Assembly (NCBI GenBank): GCA_039096225.1
Contig: JBBPEB010000004.1
Span: 310,001 to 374,000, forward strand
Direction of reading: 5' to 3'
Source of the DNA: Blastocystis sp. Blastoise
Lineage: Eukaryota; Protista; Bigyra: Opalinata
Length of the DNA stretch: 64,000 nucleotides
The position numbers and the translations under genes were made by a program. Below the pieces are notes generated by a model. The model was not told the origin of the DNA, did not search any database, and saw only the letters and a program-made list of their open reading frames with translations. Of this stretch, positions 44,968-64,000 are shown piece by piece. Numbering within the stretch: position 1 is the stretch's first letter; every line of letters starts with the position of its first letter.

Positions 44968-47093
44968 TTAGAAACAGTTACAACAGCTATGGACCTCATG
45001 TTGAGTTGATTGATACTTCTTAGGATAATTAATGGCGGTAAATGTATTATTTGATCCAACAAGAAGAATAGGAATATGATTGTTATCATAATCAGCAGTA
45101 GCTACAGTAGTTGGAAAATAAACTATTCTACATTTTTGTAAAATTATTTGTGAGTTATTATCAAGAATCATCTATATATAGAATAATGAGTCAATTTCAT
45201 ATGTTAAATATAACTGATAGATATATAATATAGATAATGAAGATATATAATGTTTATATAATTATATATACTATAAATAACTGATAGATAAATAATATAT
45301 AATAATAAAAATATATAAAAATGAAAATATGTACATCCGTAATATTCTCAAGAATCTTTAGACATTGATCTCTCACTATATCAAATTGGATTTCATCCAA
45401 ACATATATGCTTTGATTCTTGACTAGTTAGAGAAAGGATAATATAAATGATAGAGTATTTATTATATTTATAAAATATAATATATATATATGTATATATA
45501 TACGAGAATATAGTTTCTCCTTGAGCTTGTGAAATAATAGAAGTTGATAGAGATGTAGGCTTAATAAAACGTTCTAATGTAACAACACTATATTTCACGT
45601 CCATCTAGGTTATATAGAATACAATTGATTATTTAAATAATAAAAAGTAAATAATAACAATAAAAAAAGAAATTTATATATAGAAAAATAATATATATAT
45701 ATTATTTTTCTATATATATTTAAAAAAGGTATTGCACAAAAATAATTTAAAAATAAAAAATAATAAGTATATATGACTTTAGAGTATTAAAATAAGTATT
45801 ATTTAAACAAAAAATTCTATATATTGATAAAGTATAAAATATAATAATCTAGATACCATTTTTCTACAAGTAATTTTTCCTGTTTGATTACATTGTTTAC
45901 ATATTTCAGTTCCTTTTCCTTTACATTGTTCACAAGGAAGAACTCCATATCCTTTACAATATATACATACTTGATTCCCTTGAATACCATTACAATAAGA
46001 ACATAAAAGACGTTTTGAACCTAAACATTTTCGACATACAAACTTTTTATATCCTATATTGAGATAAATTAAGAATAATATATATATATATTTATATATA
46101 TGTGATAATAGAAATGATAGTTTTGTAATAATTTGTTTTTTTTTAGAAATAATATAATGGTATACAATATATTATAATAGTAATAATAAAAGTCAATATA
46201 ACATTGAATAGTCAATTCTTATACGTAATATAAATATAACATATATATATATATAAATGAAATAATAATTATAAAATAAAGACATACCTTGGCAACTAGA
46301 GCAAGTCTTAATAGTTTCTGTATTAGGTATATCTATTTGAATTGTATGATTATTAAAAGAAGAAGGAGTAGTAATATTAATAGAATATAAAGAAGGAGAA
46401 GGACCATGATATATATCATCTTCCTATATATATATATATTATTATTATTTATGAATATAAGAATAAGAATAATAAGTATATAAATAATTGTAGTTATAAT
46501 AAAATTATCTTGTATTATATAACAATTAAATATTTCGTTAACAACTTAAATATATATATAATATATATATGTACAGGTGTATAAGGAGATAAAGAAATAG
46601 ATTTGGATGGTGAACGTTCTTCTAATAAGAAATCCCAATAAATATGATAAACATCTGCATGATCCAATTATAGAAAAAAATAACTATTATGAAAAAACAT
46701 AAAGAATTGGATGAAATATATATATATATTAAAAAAAAAATAAATATATATTAAAAAAAATATAAAAAAAATATTTAAAATAAAAAATACTCCATCAATA
46801 TGAATTCTAGATAATAATTCATTATCTAAACTAGTATCTGATTGAACATAATTCAAAAGACAAGCATATAAATGATCTAATTCCTCATTCTCAGTTCGTT
46901 TTATTGTTTCTTTAACATCATTCTGAATAGGTTGCGAAGGAAAAAAAGTGACTTGCTCAAGAATCTTACTGTACGAATCTTGTCCTTGAATACAGACTGG
47001 CTGAATAATATCAAACGAAACTTGTCGATTCAAATACGACATTCTGTATGATTTATTATAATAACTACTTCCAATAAGAGGTATAGACTCCAT
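44968..47093 (-). CDS. Divergent SSUH2-like paralog (multi-exon)
   Basis: IIWDFLLEERSP, IPNTETIKTCSSCQG, CxxC repeats, ILQKCRIVYFPTT, LVGSNNTFTAINYP..SCCNCF: the same layout as the neighbouring gene. Confidence 0.75.
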
Positions 47094-47694
47094 CGATATC
47101 AAGTATTAACTAAAAAAATTGAGAAATACAAATGAAAAGAATTAATTTATTTAAGAAAATTTATTCATTTCATTTTTCTTTTATTTTTTTTTTGAATATT
47201 TTGTTTTTAGAATTCGTTAAAAAAACGAATTATGTAGGGACTGACTTTTTCTGTTTTTATTTTGTTTCTCTCTTTCTTGAAACACTATTTCATCTTTTAA
47301 TATAAGTATATATTATTTTCCTTAATAGAATAAGAATTAAATAAAATAATTCTTATAAAAAAAATGAAATTGATTTTATATAAGAACCACTATTGAATTA
47401 AAGATTATTTTTTTTCTAATATTCCTTGAATTGAACTATTTGATAGAGCAAGTAGAGTCACCAATTTAAACCCAAAACATAATAAAATAAAAAATATCAA
47501 ATATATAAATAAAATATATAAAGTAAATACATAAAAAAGAAAATAATTATTTTTCAAATATAGTAAACAATATACTTTGTGATTTCAAACAAAAAAAAAA
47601 AAAACAATAATTAAAATCTAGAAGAATAACTGAATTCACAAATATATATCCTAGACAATATGATTCATGTTAATAATATAAAAATATAACTCAA

Positions 47695-48369
47695 TTATAG
47701 ATCGTCAAAGGCTTCTTCTTCAATATCCCATGCTTTTGATATTATTTGTTGTTTTGATTCTATATTTACAGGAGTAATATCATTCGAAACGTTATTTATA
47801 ACTTTATTCTGATTGTTTAATTTGATGTTTTGAACCTTAACTACTTTTCGTCTATAATATTCAATATACATTTGATTAAAAAAACGTGAGTATTGAATAG
47901 AAATACTTTAGAGTGACAGAAACCTGCTGTTGAATCTCATTCTATAGAATTATTAATAATATAATTTAGAAAAATACAGAATTCAGTATAGGAAAGAACA
48001 TCTCATACTGTTTTTTACCATCCATTACTTGTTTACTAAATACATAAATATATTTCTACAAAGAATTACAGTTTTTCAGAGATAGAAATCGATTTTGTCT
48101 CAATTTCAGGAAACGACGCTATCTCTTTAACTAATGTTTTTAACATTTCTTCTGTAGCCATAGCTAAAATTGGAAAATAACATAAGAAGAAGATGATTTA
48201 GATGTTTTTAAAAGATTAGCAAGTGTATATACCTAAAACCTCAGGAACTTCAGCTTTCATTCGTCCTATATTAGAATTATTTTGCATAATTCTTTTGACT
48301 TTGACCTAGATTATGTTAAAATAAATATTATAAATGTATTACAGCTCGTATATATTTTGATCTTGGCAT
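47695..48369 (-). CDS. Histone-fold protein, NC2alpha/DRAP1 (NF-YC-like) family
   Basis: Spliced: VKVKRIMQNNSNIGRMKAEVPEVLAMATEEMLKTLV; short GT-AG introns; stop at 47695-47697. Confidence 0.7.
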
Positions 48370-48490
48370 AAAAAAATAATGAAAATGCTGTTAATAAAAA
48401 AACAGGATTCTTAGTTAAAAGTCCTCTGTGTTTTAAATCATTTTAATGATTTTCTTTTAAAAAAGTTTTTTAATGAAATATAATGTATTT

Positions 48491-53312
<4,822 letters not shown>

Positions 53313-53763
53313 TGTCTTCTCGTATCTATATACTTTCTATAAACACGTTCTTTAAGTTTATAAGCCGTTTAGAAATAAGAAATTGAAAAGAAATTAATAA
53401 CAAACATTTTCCCAGAATTAAATTTATTTTTTTTTAATAATGATATTCTGTCTTTATTTAACATAGTTCACACATTAAAAATATTTATATTCAATATAGA
53501 TAATCTATCAATTCTATAATTTATGCTTTTTTAACAAAATAACTATTTTTTTGTAACTGATTGAGTTGCTCATCTGCTATAGTGTAATTCTTTCTTTATT
53601 GAAACGATAGTTATCAATCATTTCGTTTCCAAATATAGATTGATAATAAATATTATAAAAGGAAGAGAAATAATACTTTTTTAAAGATAGCTGATTTTTT
53701 TTTGAGACTTTTTCAGTTATTAGATAAGAAAGAGTTATTAATAATTTGAATAATACTGTCAAT

Positions 53764-56390
53764 ATGAATGAAAAGAATTTTAAATTAGCTGAGCAATATA
53801 TACCCAAGACATATGTTTGTCAAGGTCAGGATGCGATCCATAGAAGAGAAAACTTGATGAATGATCTACTTTCTCATCGTAAGATTCCAGAAGTTGGATG
53901 GGATGATCAAACTATTGAATACATTTTGAGTCAATTATCTCTTATGGATAGTAATAATTTTTATGGAAATACTGGTGTTGGAGAGCGAGAAGGTCGAATA
54001 TTAAGTGGAATGGTATTTTAGGTTGATTAAATATGTTTTTAAATGTTTTTTGTTTTGTTTAATAATTATTTGTATATATATATATTATATATATCTAGGT
54101 AGCACGACGTCATTTTTATTTGGCTCATGGAATAGGCCGTGCAGGAGATGTACAAGCATATCAAGTACATTTAAAATAAATTAGTTTTTATGTATTATTT
54201 CATTATATTCACTATAGCCAAAAGCTGCTGGATCTTCTTTAATTGTTCAATTAACTCGAACTTTAGCTATTGATTATCTTCATTTTTATGGTATATAATA
54301 CTTGTTTATTAAGATAGAATAGTTATTTTAATATATATGTATATTATTACATATAATGATAGTTATAAAATAGTATTCTCTATTATTTTTCATAGGATAT
54401 GATAATTTTTAAAATATAATAATATATAATATAATAATATTATATATTTAATATAATAGTATGTATAATAATAATATATATAGGTTTAACAGAGATAAAA
54501 GATTGTTTGGTACTTCCTCTGGCTACAGGAATGTCGATTACTTTAGTTCTATTAACATTAAAGAAATGTAGACCTCAAGCGAAATATGTTATCTGGCCAA
54601 GAGTAGATCAAAAAACATGTTTAAAAGCTATTATTACTGCTGGTATTGTTGATTATATATATATATATATTTTTTATTTGTTTATAATTTATATATGTAT
54701 ATTTATTTATTTAATAAATATCATTATCCTATAATATTATTTATAAATAATTATATTCATTATAAATATCTATATAGGTTTTATTCCTATTGTTGTAGAA
54801 AATATTTTGGTCGGTGACGAACTTCAAACAGATACAGAAGTATATATATATATATATAATATTAAATAGAAAATTATTATAATAACAATTCTCTATCGTA
54901 TTCAATTCTATATATATATATATATATAGACTTATGAATCATTAGTAAATAGTTATGCTCCTGAAGAGGTCGCTTGTATTATGGGGACTACTTCTGTATT
55001 TGCACCGAAAGATCCGGATAATATTAGTTTTATTAGTCAATTAGGAAAAGAAAAGAATATTCCCGTGGTTATTAATAATGCTTATGGCTTACAAGCGACT
55101 TCTACGTGTAAATTAATTAATAAAGTATTGAATTATTTTTATTTTATATAAATATTATAAGTGTATATTGTGTAGATTATAAAAATGATTTTATTATATA
55201 TTTATTATTATATATTATTAAAAATGATTTTATTATATATTTATTATTATATATTATTAAAAATGTTTTTATTATATATTTATTATTATATTATTAAAAA
55301 TGTTTTTATTATATATATATAGTGTATTCAAAACTATCGAGTAGATGCTATTATTTCCTCAACTGATAAGAATCTTATGGTTCCCGTCGGAGGAGCTCTT
55401 ATATATAGTAATAATAAGGAATTTATTAATCAAATCCAAACTCATTATCCAGGTATATAAGAATATTATTTTTATTTAATTTAATTTTTATTATTATTAT
55501 CAATTATTTTTTTTTTTAATTATTTGTTTATTTTATTTTTATTATTAATGTATTTTTATTATTATATTCTTTATTAATATATAATATACGATGAATATAA
55601 ACAGATTTATTAATATTATATATGTATTCAACAACATATATATATAAATAGGTAGAGCTAGTATGAGTCCAGTTTTAGATGTTTTTATTACATTTTTAAC
55701 AGCAGGAAAAAATCAATTAATTGAATTAAGAAAACAAAGAGAAGAACTTTATCCGTATATATATAGTGTTATAAATATATATTAATATATTAATATTCTG
55801 TGATGATTATCTATAGTTATATGTATTCAAAATTAGTTGAAACCGTTAGTTCTATAAATGAATCGATACTTGTTACTCCTAATAATCCTATTTCTATTGG
55901 AATCACATTAGATCATTTACCTGGTGATATCACGAAATTCGGAGGAATGCTATATACACGAGGGGTCTCCGGTATATATTATTATATTATTATTATACTT
56001 ATTATTATGTTTCTTATAATTATATTTATTATTATAATTATTATTATACTTATTATGATATTATTATTATAATTACTATTATTATTATTATTCATATGAT
56101 TATACTTATATTATTCCTATGACTATAACTATATAGGTAGTCGATGTGTAGGAATGAGTGGTAATAAAGTGATTGGTGGCATCACGTTTGAGAATTATGG
56201 TAGTCATTCAAATCATTATCCACATCAATATATGACTGCTGCTTGTGCTATTGGACTGAATAAAAATGATGTTGATGTATTTATAGAGAGATTTTTAAAA
56301 ACTATAAAACAATATAAGAAAGATGAGTTAAAGAAAGAATTAAAGAAAAAGGAACAAACAGATAATACCGAAATAATTCAAGAACAATAA
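53764..56390 (+). CDS. SEPSECS: O-phosphoseryl-tRNA(Sec) selenium transferase
   Basis: PEVGWDD, MDSNNF..GVGEREGR, HGIGRAGD..QPKAAGSS, PLATGM, WPRVDQKTC, NNAYGLQ, STDKNLMVPVGG, YPGRAS, TAACAIG. Confidence 0.96.
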
Positions 56391-56565
56391 AGTTTGCAGA
56401 AATTATCATTATATATACTATTTTTTAGATAATTATTATTGTTCTTATGTATGTAATGTTTTTAAATGTTTTTATTGTTTTTATTGTTTTCTTAAAACTT
56501 ATATATCTACAAACAACGATTTATTAAAATGTTTTTTACAAATTTCAATTCTAACAATTTTTTGT

Positions 56566-57757
56566 TTATAATAAATAATATTCTAGAAATGAGAAGGAAA
56601 AGCATACAATGGAAAACACAGAAAATAAAATAGAGAGTAAGTAAGTGGACTTCTGTATAAAGTAAATAATATATATAAATATGAATATAATAGAATAAAC
56701 AATATACTTGAGATTCTTGTTGATTATCAATAGATATTAGTAAAGGAGAATTCTATAGCATAGAATAATATATAATATGTAATTTTATATAATATTCATT
56801 ATTATTATATACTTTGGTTCCTTTAAGAAGATATTTATCATTTTCTTTAACTAATTGACCATATAAACAAACATCAGTATTTGGCTATTTATATATTATA
56901 TTTATATATTATATTTATTATTATTATTAAAATAATACATAATATATATACATAAAGTGAATATTTTTGAATACATAAATTAGTTGCATGTTTATATATA
57001 GATAAAGAAGAAGGTTTTATTATATTCATATATCTATATATATTTATTAAACTATGAACTAAATTTACACTTTTTATTTTTTTTTAAAGAATTGATATAT
57101 ATAAATATATATATATATATACTTTTCTCTATTAGTATCACAAATAGTTTCATCGTCTTCTTTTTGTAATTTTATTATCGAACAATATTCTGGATCAACA
57201 ATAATTTCTTCTATATTTAAATGTATATATATATTTTAATTATTTTAATGAAAAACAAAATAATATATATATATAATAATTAATATTCATACGTTCATTT
57301 GTTTTAATAATAAACTTTTGAGTTTCAATATGTTCACCCACTATTAAATATATAATATATAATATATATAATATATAATAAATATACAGATTGTTTGGGA
57401 TATATTCACTTTATTTTTTTCGGTATATTCATCTTCAACAACAGTAATAAGAGATTTCGTAATTAAAGAAGATTGTATTTTATTTCCTTTTAAATCACGA
57501 GACATAGTTACACCTTCTACTGATGCATAGATAGGTTGGTTCTTGTTTATATCTTTAATATCTACCATAGCAATTCGTAGAGGTGAATATTTTGATAAGT
57601 CGATAGCTCTAGATTTTTTATAACATATAAGTCCTGTAACACCTAGAATACTTCCCATTAAAGTAAGACTTAGCCAATCGAAAGACATTGGAATTGATGG
57701 AAGAGGATTATTACCATTCATAGATTTTAAAGCTGATACATTCGAGAAAGCATCCAT
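56566..57757 (-). CDS. Two-TM membrane protein, possibly GIDE-domain (MUL1-like without RING)
   Basis: N-terminal TM (LTLMGSILGVTGLICY), YASVEG, DVCLYGQL, and C-terminal TM (YLLSILFSVFSIVCFSF). The family call is tentative. Confidence 0.5.
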
Positions 57758-57853
57758 ATTAATAAAAATAAGTGCAAATAAGTAAGGAAAACAAATATTT
57801 CCTACAAAAATAAAAACAAATTTTTTTTATTTTTTTAAACTCCCTTTATTATT

Positions 57854-58766
57854 ATGGAGACCAACTATAATTTCAGATTTTCTATTAAATTCACATGTAA
57901 ACCAGAGAATCGTGAAAAGTTTCGTATATATCTAAATGCCTTAAAACCTGCCGAGTCTGAAATAGTAAGACTTATTTTGCATTTTGAGAGTGATAATATA
58001 TAAATTCATAGAAAGAATATCAACAAAAGAAAATGCGATTCGTTCAAGCGAAGTGTATGATATATACATTATTGATAGAACTTCATATTGTTGTTTAAAA
58101 TATTATTTATTCGTATAAATGAATATTTCTTTGTCAATTTTTATGGCTAATGGAATAATAACTTTTAGTAAAGGCTAGAAATACATTCGATTCCATTATG
58201 GTTCAATTTAGAAATAGTAGAGTTCAACAAAAATTAGATTATATTATATCTGAGTCAATACTTCCTGATTCTTTCATAAAACAGACAAAAAAAGAATCAA
58301 TTGCATTTAATGGAAATGATTTGAAGCTTTTAGAATATATGGGATTTGTAAAACAAACTGAAAGTAATTATAAAGGTGAAATGATGATTCTACAGGACAA
58401 AGTGTATTATAAGACAATTAGCGTATATTATTTATTTATTTTTTTTATTATTATTATTTATTATTATTATTTATTTATTTATTTATTATATATTATTAAA
58501 ATATATACTTAAAAATATATATATAAATATATGATATATATATTATTATTATATATAGCCCCTAATGTCTCCAGGAATAGAATGTATAAGCTTTTCATTG
58601 GAATGCCAAGAAAATGAAACTGAAGAAACTATTAAACAAATACAATATATTGAAGCATATTTTAAAAAGTATGTTTAAATATACTTATTATTGTAGTATA
58701 TCTATTATTTATATATATAGTATTTTAGATCCAGTACCTCAAACTCTATCCAATTCAATTAAATAA
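57854..58766 (+). CDS. Uncharacterised protein, possibly Mediator subunit Med18 / CYTH-like
   Basis: Spliced ORF of about 170 aa; LLEYMGFVKQTESNYKGEM resembles the Med18 FL..LG....E...KG motif. Confidence 0.45.
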
Positions 58767-59023
58767 TTCTTTTAATACTAATTTTAGCATTCTATTCTAT
58801 ATAGAATATAACAAGAGTTGTGTTATTTCTAATAAAAGATTCAATAATATTTGGTTTTACACACAAAAAAAATTAAGAATAACAAAAATAGATTAAAAAA
58901 TAACAACTATAGTTTATAAGGAGACTCTCTATATATATAAATATCGGTCATAACATATAGAATAATGAAACTCTTTTATTTATTGAAAGAAATGAGATGA
59001 AAGATCTTTATTTTACATTCTAT

Positions 59024-59701
59024 TTATATATCTTTATATAAAAGATCATATTGTGTAACATGTTCTTTTGGAATCGGAGACGTTATAATCACATGGCCAT
59101 ATAAAGCACCTCGATAAATTGTCTATATATAAATATAGAATAATACCTATTTTTAATTGTTAAATATATAATTCTATACATTAATGAGTGTTTTAATTTC
59201 ATACTATACTATTATTTATATAAAATACTCTATACATACTTCAATAAGATCAATAAAATCTTCTTTTGTGTAAAATGCACCTACCCATTTTGAATGATCT
59301 GGTGTTCCTGCATCAATTTTCATATGATGAGCATTAAAAAAGAAGATTGTTGAAGGAATATACGTAATATCAAAATATTGACAATAGAAAGGTACGTCGT
59401 CAACGTCAATAACGTAGATTTGTGCCATTTTTGATAAGAGTCTCTCACATTTAAATAGCTATATTTCATTATAAGATATCAGTGAATTGAAATTAATTGT
59501 ATTTAATGCAAATATACAATGTCATCTTGTTGCATACACACGGGATCTGTGTCTTTTCCAAACCTTAAGACAACTACCTATTCGAGACATGCGATTTATG
59601 ATAAAAATTAAAATAAAAATCAAATATACCTTATCTTCAACGTTACGAATAACAGAATCGATTTCACTTTTTGAAGTCAATTTATTTAGTATATAACTCA
59701 T
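59024..59701 (-). CDS. TXNL4B: Thioredoxin-like spliceosomal protein Dim2/TXNL4B (4 exons)
   Basis: [60 protein letters not shown]. Confidence 0.9.
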
Positions 59702-60271
59702 CAGAATCTATGTTGTTTTATTTATGAATTATTTAATGGAGTGTATTATATATAAAGATAGGATTGAATGAATAAATGTTGATATATTCGTAATAATTAT
59801 GTGTAATTGAGGGAAACACAAAAATATAATCAAAATATATTTTTTATTTTTTATTTTGTTAGTCTATTATTATAAAGAATAGTATTCATTAATAATTTGA
59901 TATTGTATATATATGCGCAACCTCGAAATTAAAGAATCAAGAGAGAATTCTATAAATTTCAGCAATAATGTGAATTTGAAAAACAAAAAGTGTGTTTTTA
60001 CGTTGATTAATCATTTAAATTATTTGTAATGAAATATAAAATATTTTCATGAATAATTTTAGCAAAAATTGTTAAAAATAATTTAAAAAACGTATGTAAT
60101 TTGTGTGAATGAATTCATAATTCAATATTATACATATATATTATCATAAGTATACTCGTGCAATAAAATAAATACAACAACATTGTTTAAAGAATAATGA
60201 ACACAATAAAAAACGGGAAAATAAGAAAAGTATAAAAAAAAAGAATCCTATATATATATATATAATGAATA

Positions 60272-63200
60272 TTATTCATTTAAAGTAGCATTAATATAAT
60301 GTTGTGTGAGTTGTGTATGTAATTCATCAATAAAATATAATAAGTCATCTTTATATATTTCTATTATAGTACCACTGAATGAATCTAATTTATTTCTTGG
60401 TTTTATGGAGTCTATAGCTAACTTGAAAAAATGTGTAAATTGACTATATATAGAAAAGGAATAAAAAATATTATAGATTTATATAGAATATTTTATTATA
60501 TATATATTTTATTATATATAAATATAATACTATTATTATATATATTAATATACTTTAATTTTGTTTCTCCCCATTGACTACAGGGTACTCCAAGAACAGT
60601 ATATGTATTTGTATTACTATTTAATATACATAATATAAAAGGTAATGCAGATCGTCCTGTCCATTTCCCTTGGTTCTTAAATACATTTATTATAAACGAT
60701 GTTAATCGATTTAATATTAATGGCTATTTATATATTATATAGAATTATTAGTATTATTATTAATACTATTATTATATATATCAAATATGTTCAAGTGTAT
60801 TAAATAAATAATAATAAAAAAGAAATAATATTATATATAAATATACTTTAGTAAACATTTCAACATCTTCTTCTGTAATATCATTGACAATAGCATATCT
60901 GAAATGTTCTGAAATATGAATCAGTCTCTTTTCAATAATACTAATCCCAAAACGAACAATAGATTCTTGTTGTATTTGTGCATAATGAATACCTTTTGTT
61001 AATATACTCTCATTTGTTTTACATAATAAGGCATCGTATGCATTATTCCAATTCAATTCCCACTATATATATATGTATTAGTATATTTATTTATTTATTT
61101 ATCATTATATTAATTATCATAATTATTATTATATTATTTATTATATTAATTATTCTATAATTACTTTATAAATATACATATGAATAATAAAAAAAAAATC
61201 ATTATATATATACACTTGAGTCATCTTTATTTAAAGATCTCATTTCTAGTAATGCAGATATACAGTAAACAATATCAGAAGCACATAATAACATCTTATA
61301 ATCTATATATATAAATAAATAATAGTTTTATAGTAGAAAATAAATGTATGCTAGTCTATATATATATTAATAATAACAAATCATAAATATATACCATATC
61401 TTCTACAATAAGAATGATAATAAAAATTATCAAATCCATAATCTTCAAGATTTGAAGATAATAAATAATACAAATCATTCTTTGATTTTTTATTAAAAAA
61501 TGTAAATCTATGAAAATAAAAATATATATATATATATATATAATAAACAATAATAATTATATTTATATATATATACTGTTCTTTACATTTTTTTAAAGGT
61601 ATTCCCATTTTCGCAAATAATGAATATAATTCACTTGCACCTATATATAAATTATATATATAATAGTATATTCTAAAGCAAATAATAATAATGTTATTCT
61701 TCAAATAAATACATAATATAATATAAAATTATAATACTATTATTAATTAATAAAGAATAACATAAAAATAATAATTATTCAATATTAATACTTAATAACT
61801 ATATACCTTGAGAATTCCATGTTCCTAATTTAGAGGCAACATACGAAGAATAATAAAATGAATTGAATAATGACCAATGACGATATAACATTAATTGAGG
61901 CTCTTCAGAAGGAGATATATATCCTATGGATAAATCCATATCTATATAGAAAGTGATCATTATTTAATAGTATATAATATATTTATTTATATTAAAAAAA
62001 AGTAGTTTTAAATAAATGTATATATATATATGAAAAAATAATGATGAAAAAATAATGATGAAAAAAATAAAAATAATAAAAAAAAAAAAACATATCAATA
62101 TAAAATTAAAATAATATATAAATATATACCATTTTCATGATCATTTGTAGATACATTTTTCGCAATAATATCACCTTGAAGACTAATAAGAATGGAATCA
62201 TATGCTTCTCTATTTAATCGTCCATTAATAAATGTATCTGTTAATCCAATAATAGCCATCCATAGCATTTCATTCGTATCATAACTTATTTGACGAGATA
62301 AAGAATAAAACTATATATATATTTATATACAGAATACTAAATATTATTATTATTATATTCATAAACCATATTTATTTTCAAAAAATATACATAATTATCT
62401 TATTAATAAATGCATAAAAATAAATATATCTACATAAATGCATAGAAATAAATATTCATATGAATAATAACTATATATATACAGTTGGAGCAATTGGATA
62501 GGCATAATAAGAATACTCATAATAATGATCAATATCTCGTTTCTTCTTTAATGATTTTCCTTTTTCTGTTTGATGTTTACGTTTAGTTTGATGTGTACTT
62601 GCGTTTTCATCATGTTCTTCTCCATCATCATCATATTCTTCTTCCTCATCTTCTTCATCTTGACCATCATCTTCATCATCTGAATGTTGTTCTAATAATT
62701 CTTGTTGCTCATCAGTTAATAATTCAGGAACATCATCCAAAAGAATAGAACCATCATTTATTACTATAATCTATAAAAATTTCATTCATTTAAAAAAAAA
62801 TCACCCATTTTAAAAAATTATATATACTTGTTTTGGGGATCTTATATTTTCAATACTGATAGGTCTATGTGAGTCAATTACATAACATATAGTATCTTCA
62901 GATAACGTAAGAACAGAACTTAAATCGACAGAACCACCACAATTAAGAAAAATAACAGATCGAAGCTATAGAAATATATATATTTTATAAGTTCAATCAA
63001 TATATACATCCATATTATCTTTAATAATAGTATCATTGGCATGTTTTATATCTTCATAACCCATTACTTGTTTGATTTTATATGCAATATTATCTACTCT
63101 TAATAATGACTATAGAAATACAGTTTATAGAACCATTAAAAGATCAAATACAGTTAATATTCTACAAGCACACAAAGAATCACACACAGAAGAGACAAAA

Positions 63201-63283
63201 ATGAGAATAGAAGAGTCAGAATTCAATCCATTTTTTATGATCTTTGTATAATATGTTGAAAACCTATTTGAATCAATCAGCAT
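60272..63283 (-). CDS. CDC45: Cell division control protein 45 (multi-exon)
   Basis: IFVSSVCDSLCACRIL, FLNCGGSVDL, VIDSHRP, WMAIIGLTD, LYRHWSLFNS, LFAKMGIPL, SDIVYC..LLE. Confidence 0.94.
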
Positions 63284-63504
63284 GCTTCTTCTAATACGCT
63301 TATAATGAAATCACTTTTTTGATTCTAAAGTTGCCAAAGTATTAGGGCGGGCTTTTTATAAAAATTTTTGTATTTTGATAATTGTTTTTATAGTCATTTT
63401 ATAATAATAAACATGATTCCTATTTATTCTTATTTTTTGAAAAATTATCGTGGAAATTCAATAGAATAATAATGAATTGATTTTGAATTATTATTTCAAT
63501 AGAT

Positions 63505-64000
63505 ATGGGTATTTAAGTATATGTATAGGATTATATTAACTATGATCTAGGTGCTTTTGATAAAATTCGTAAAAGAAAGAGAAATCCAAATGCAGGTGTC
63601 GTTACTAACAACGATTCCTCTGATGAGGACAGTAATGTTGTACTCCCTGAACCAAAAAAAGTTAAAGTATGCTAATTATTTTTTATTTTGATTTGCTTGA
63701 ATTTTATGTTTTTCATCAAAATATAGAAAGAAGTTGTATCTGAAACAAAGACGATTAAAGTAAACGAAGATCTGTATGTGGGATAATTTTTATTTATTGA
63801 ATGAAATCATGTTAATACTAATTTTTAATTATATATATTTTTTACATGTTTTATTTTTTTATATGTTTTATTTTTATAGTGCTGTCAAGTCAAATTTAAA
63901 TTCAGAACCTACTCGAAATGCAGGAGATATCACAGCGATTAAGGATGATAATACTGCTTTAGATAGGTATATCTTTTTCTATTTATTAATAAAATTGAGT
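63505..64000 (+). CDS. 5' part of a spliced gene, possibly CWC24/RNF113A-like (runs off the window)
   Basis: MGAFDKIRKRKRNP..SSDEDSNVV..KK..GDITAIKDDNTALDR across GT-AG introns; the diagnostic zinc fingers are not in the window. Confidence 0.4.

Overview
Very AT-rich, intron-dense eukaryotic (protist) nuclear DNA using the standard code. An anaerobic stramenopile such as a Blastocystis relative is plausible but not provable from this window. I read about 17 spliced host genes: MCM2 (3' part), mitochondrial aspartate aminotransferase, an SLC33A1-like transporter, a His/Cys-rich MBL-fold hydrolase, MMAB/PduO, a Myb+U-box-like protein, DPH7-like WD40, a bacterial-type DUF1648/DUF5808 membrane protein, a FYVE-F-box-ARM protein, two SSUH2-like paralogs, an NC2alpha-like histone-fold protein, a coiled-coil protein, SepSecS, GIDE-like and Med18-like genes, TXNL4B and CDC45. 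The start of one more gene (possibly CWC24) closes the window. Three DNA transposons are visible: (1) a 9.6-kb CACTA-ended element (20172-29749, TTT TSD) with no recognisable transposase, carrying decayed intron-containing host gene fragments (fibro-slime/PA14 and a probable USP9X/24/34-like segment), i.e. a Pack-CACTA; (2) a 7-kb hAT element (35184-42168; 16-bp TIRs, 8-bp TSD) whose six-exon transposase splices to an open 722-aa frame and whose introns hold (ATT)n arrays; (3) a 2.7-kb non-autonomous Helitron nested in the (ATT)n tract of the last transposase intron. Introns mostly run GTATAT...TATAG and their triplet repeats are strand-polarised. All exon models are hand-derived and all family assignments are by motif recognition, not database search.
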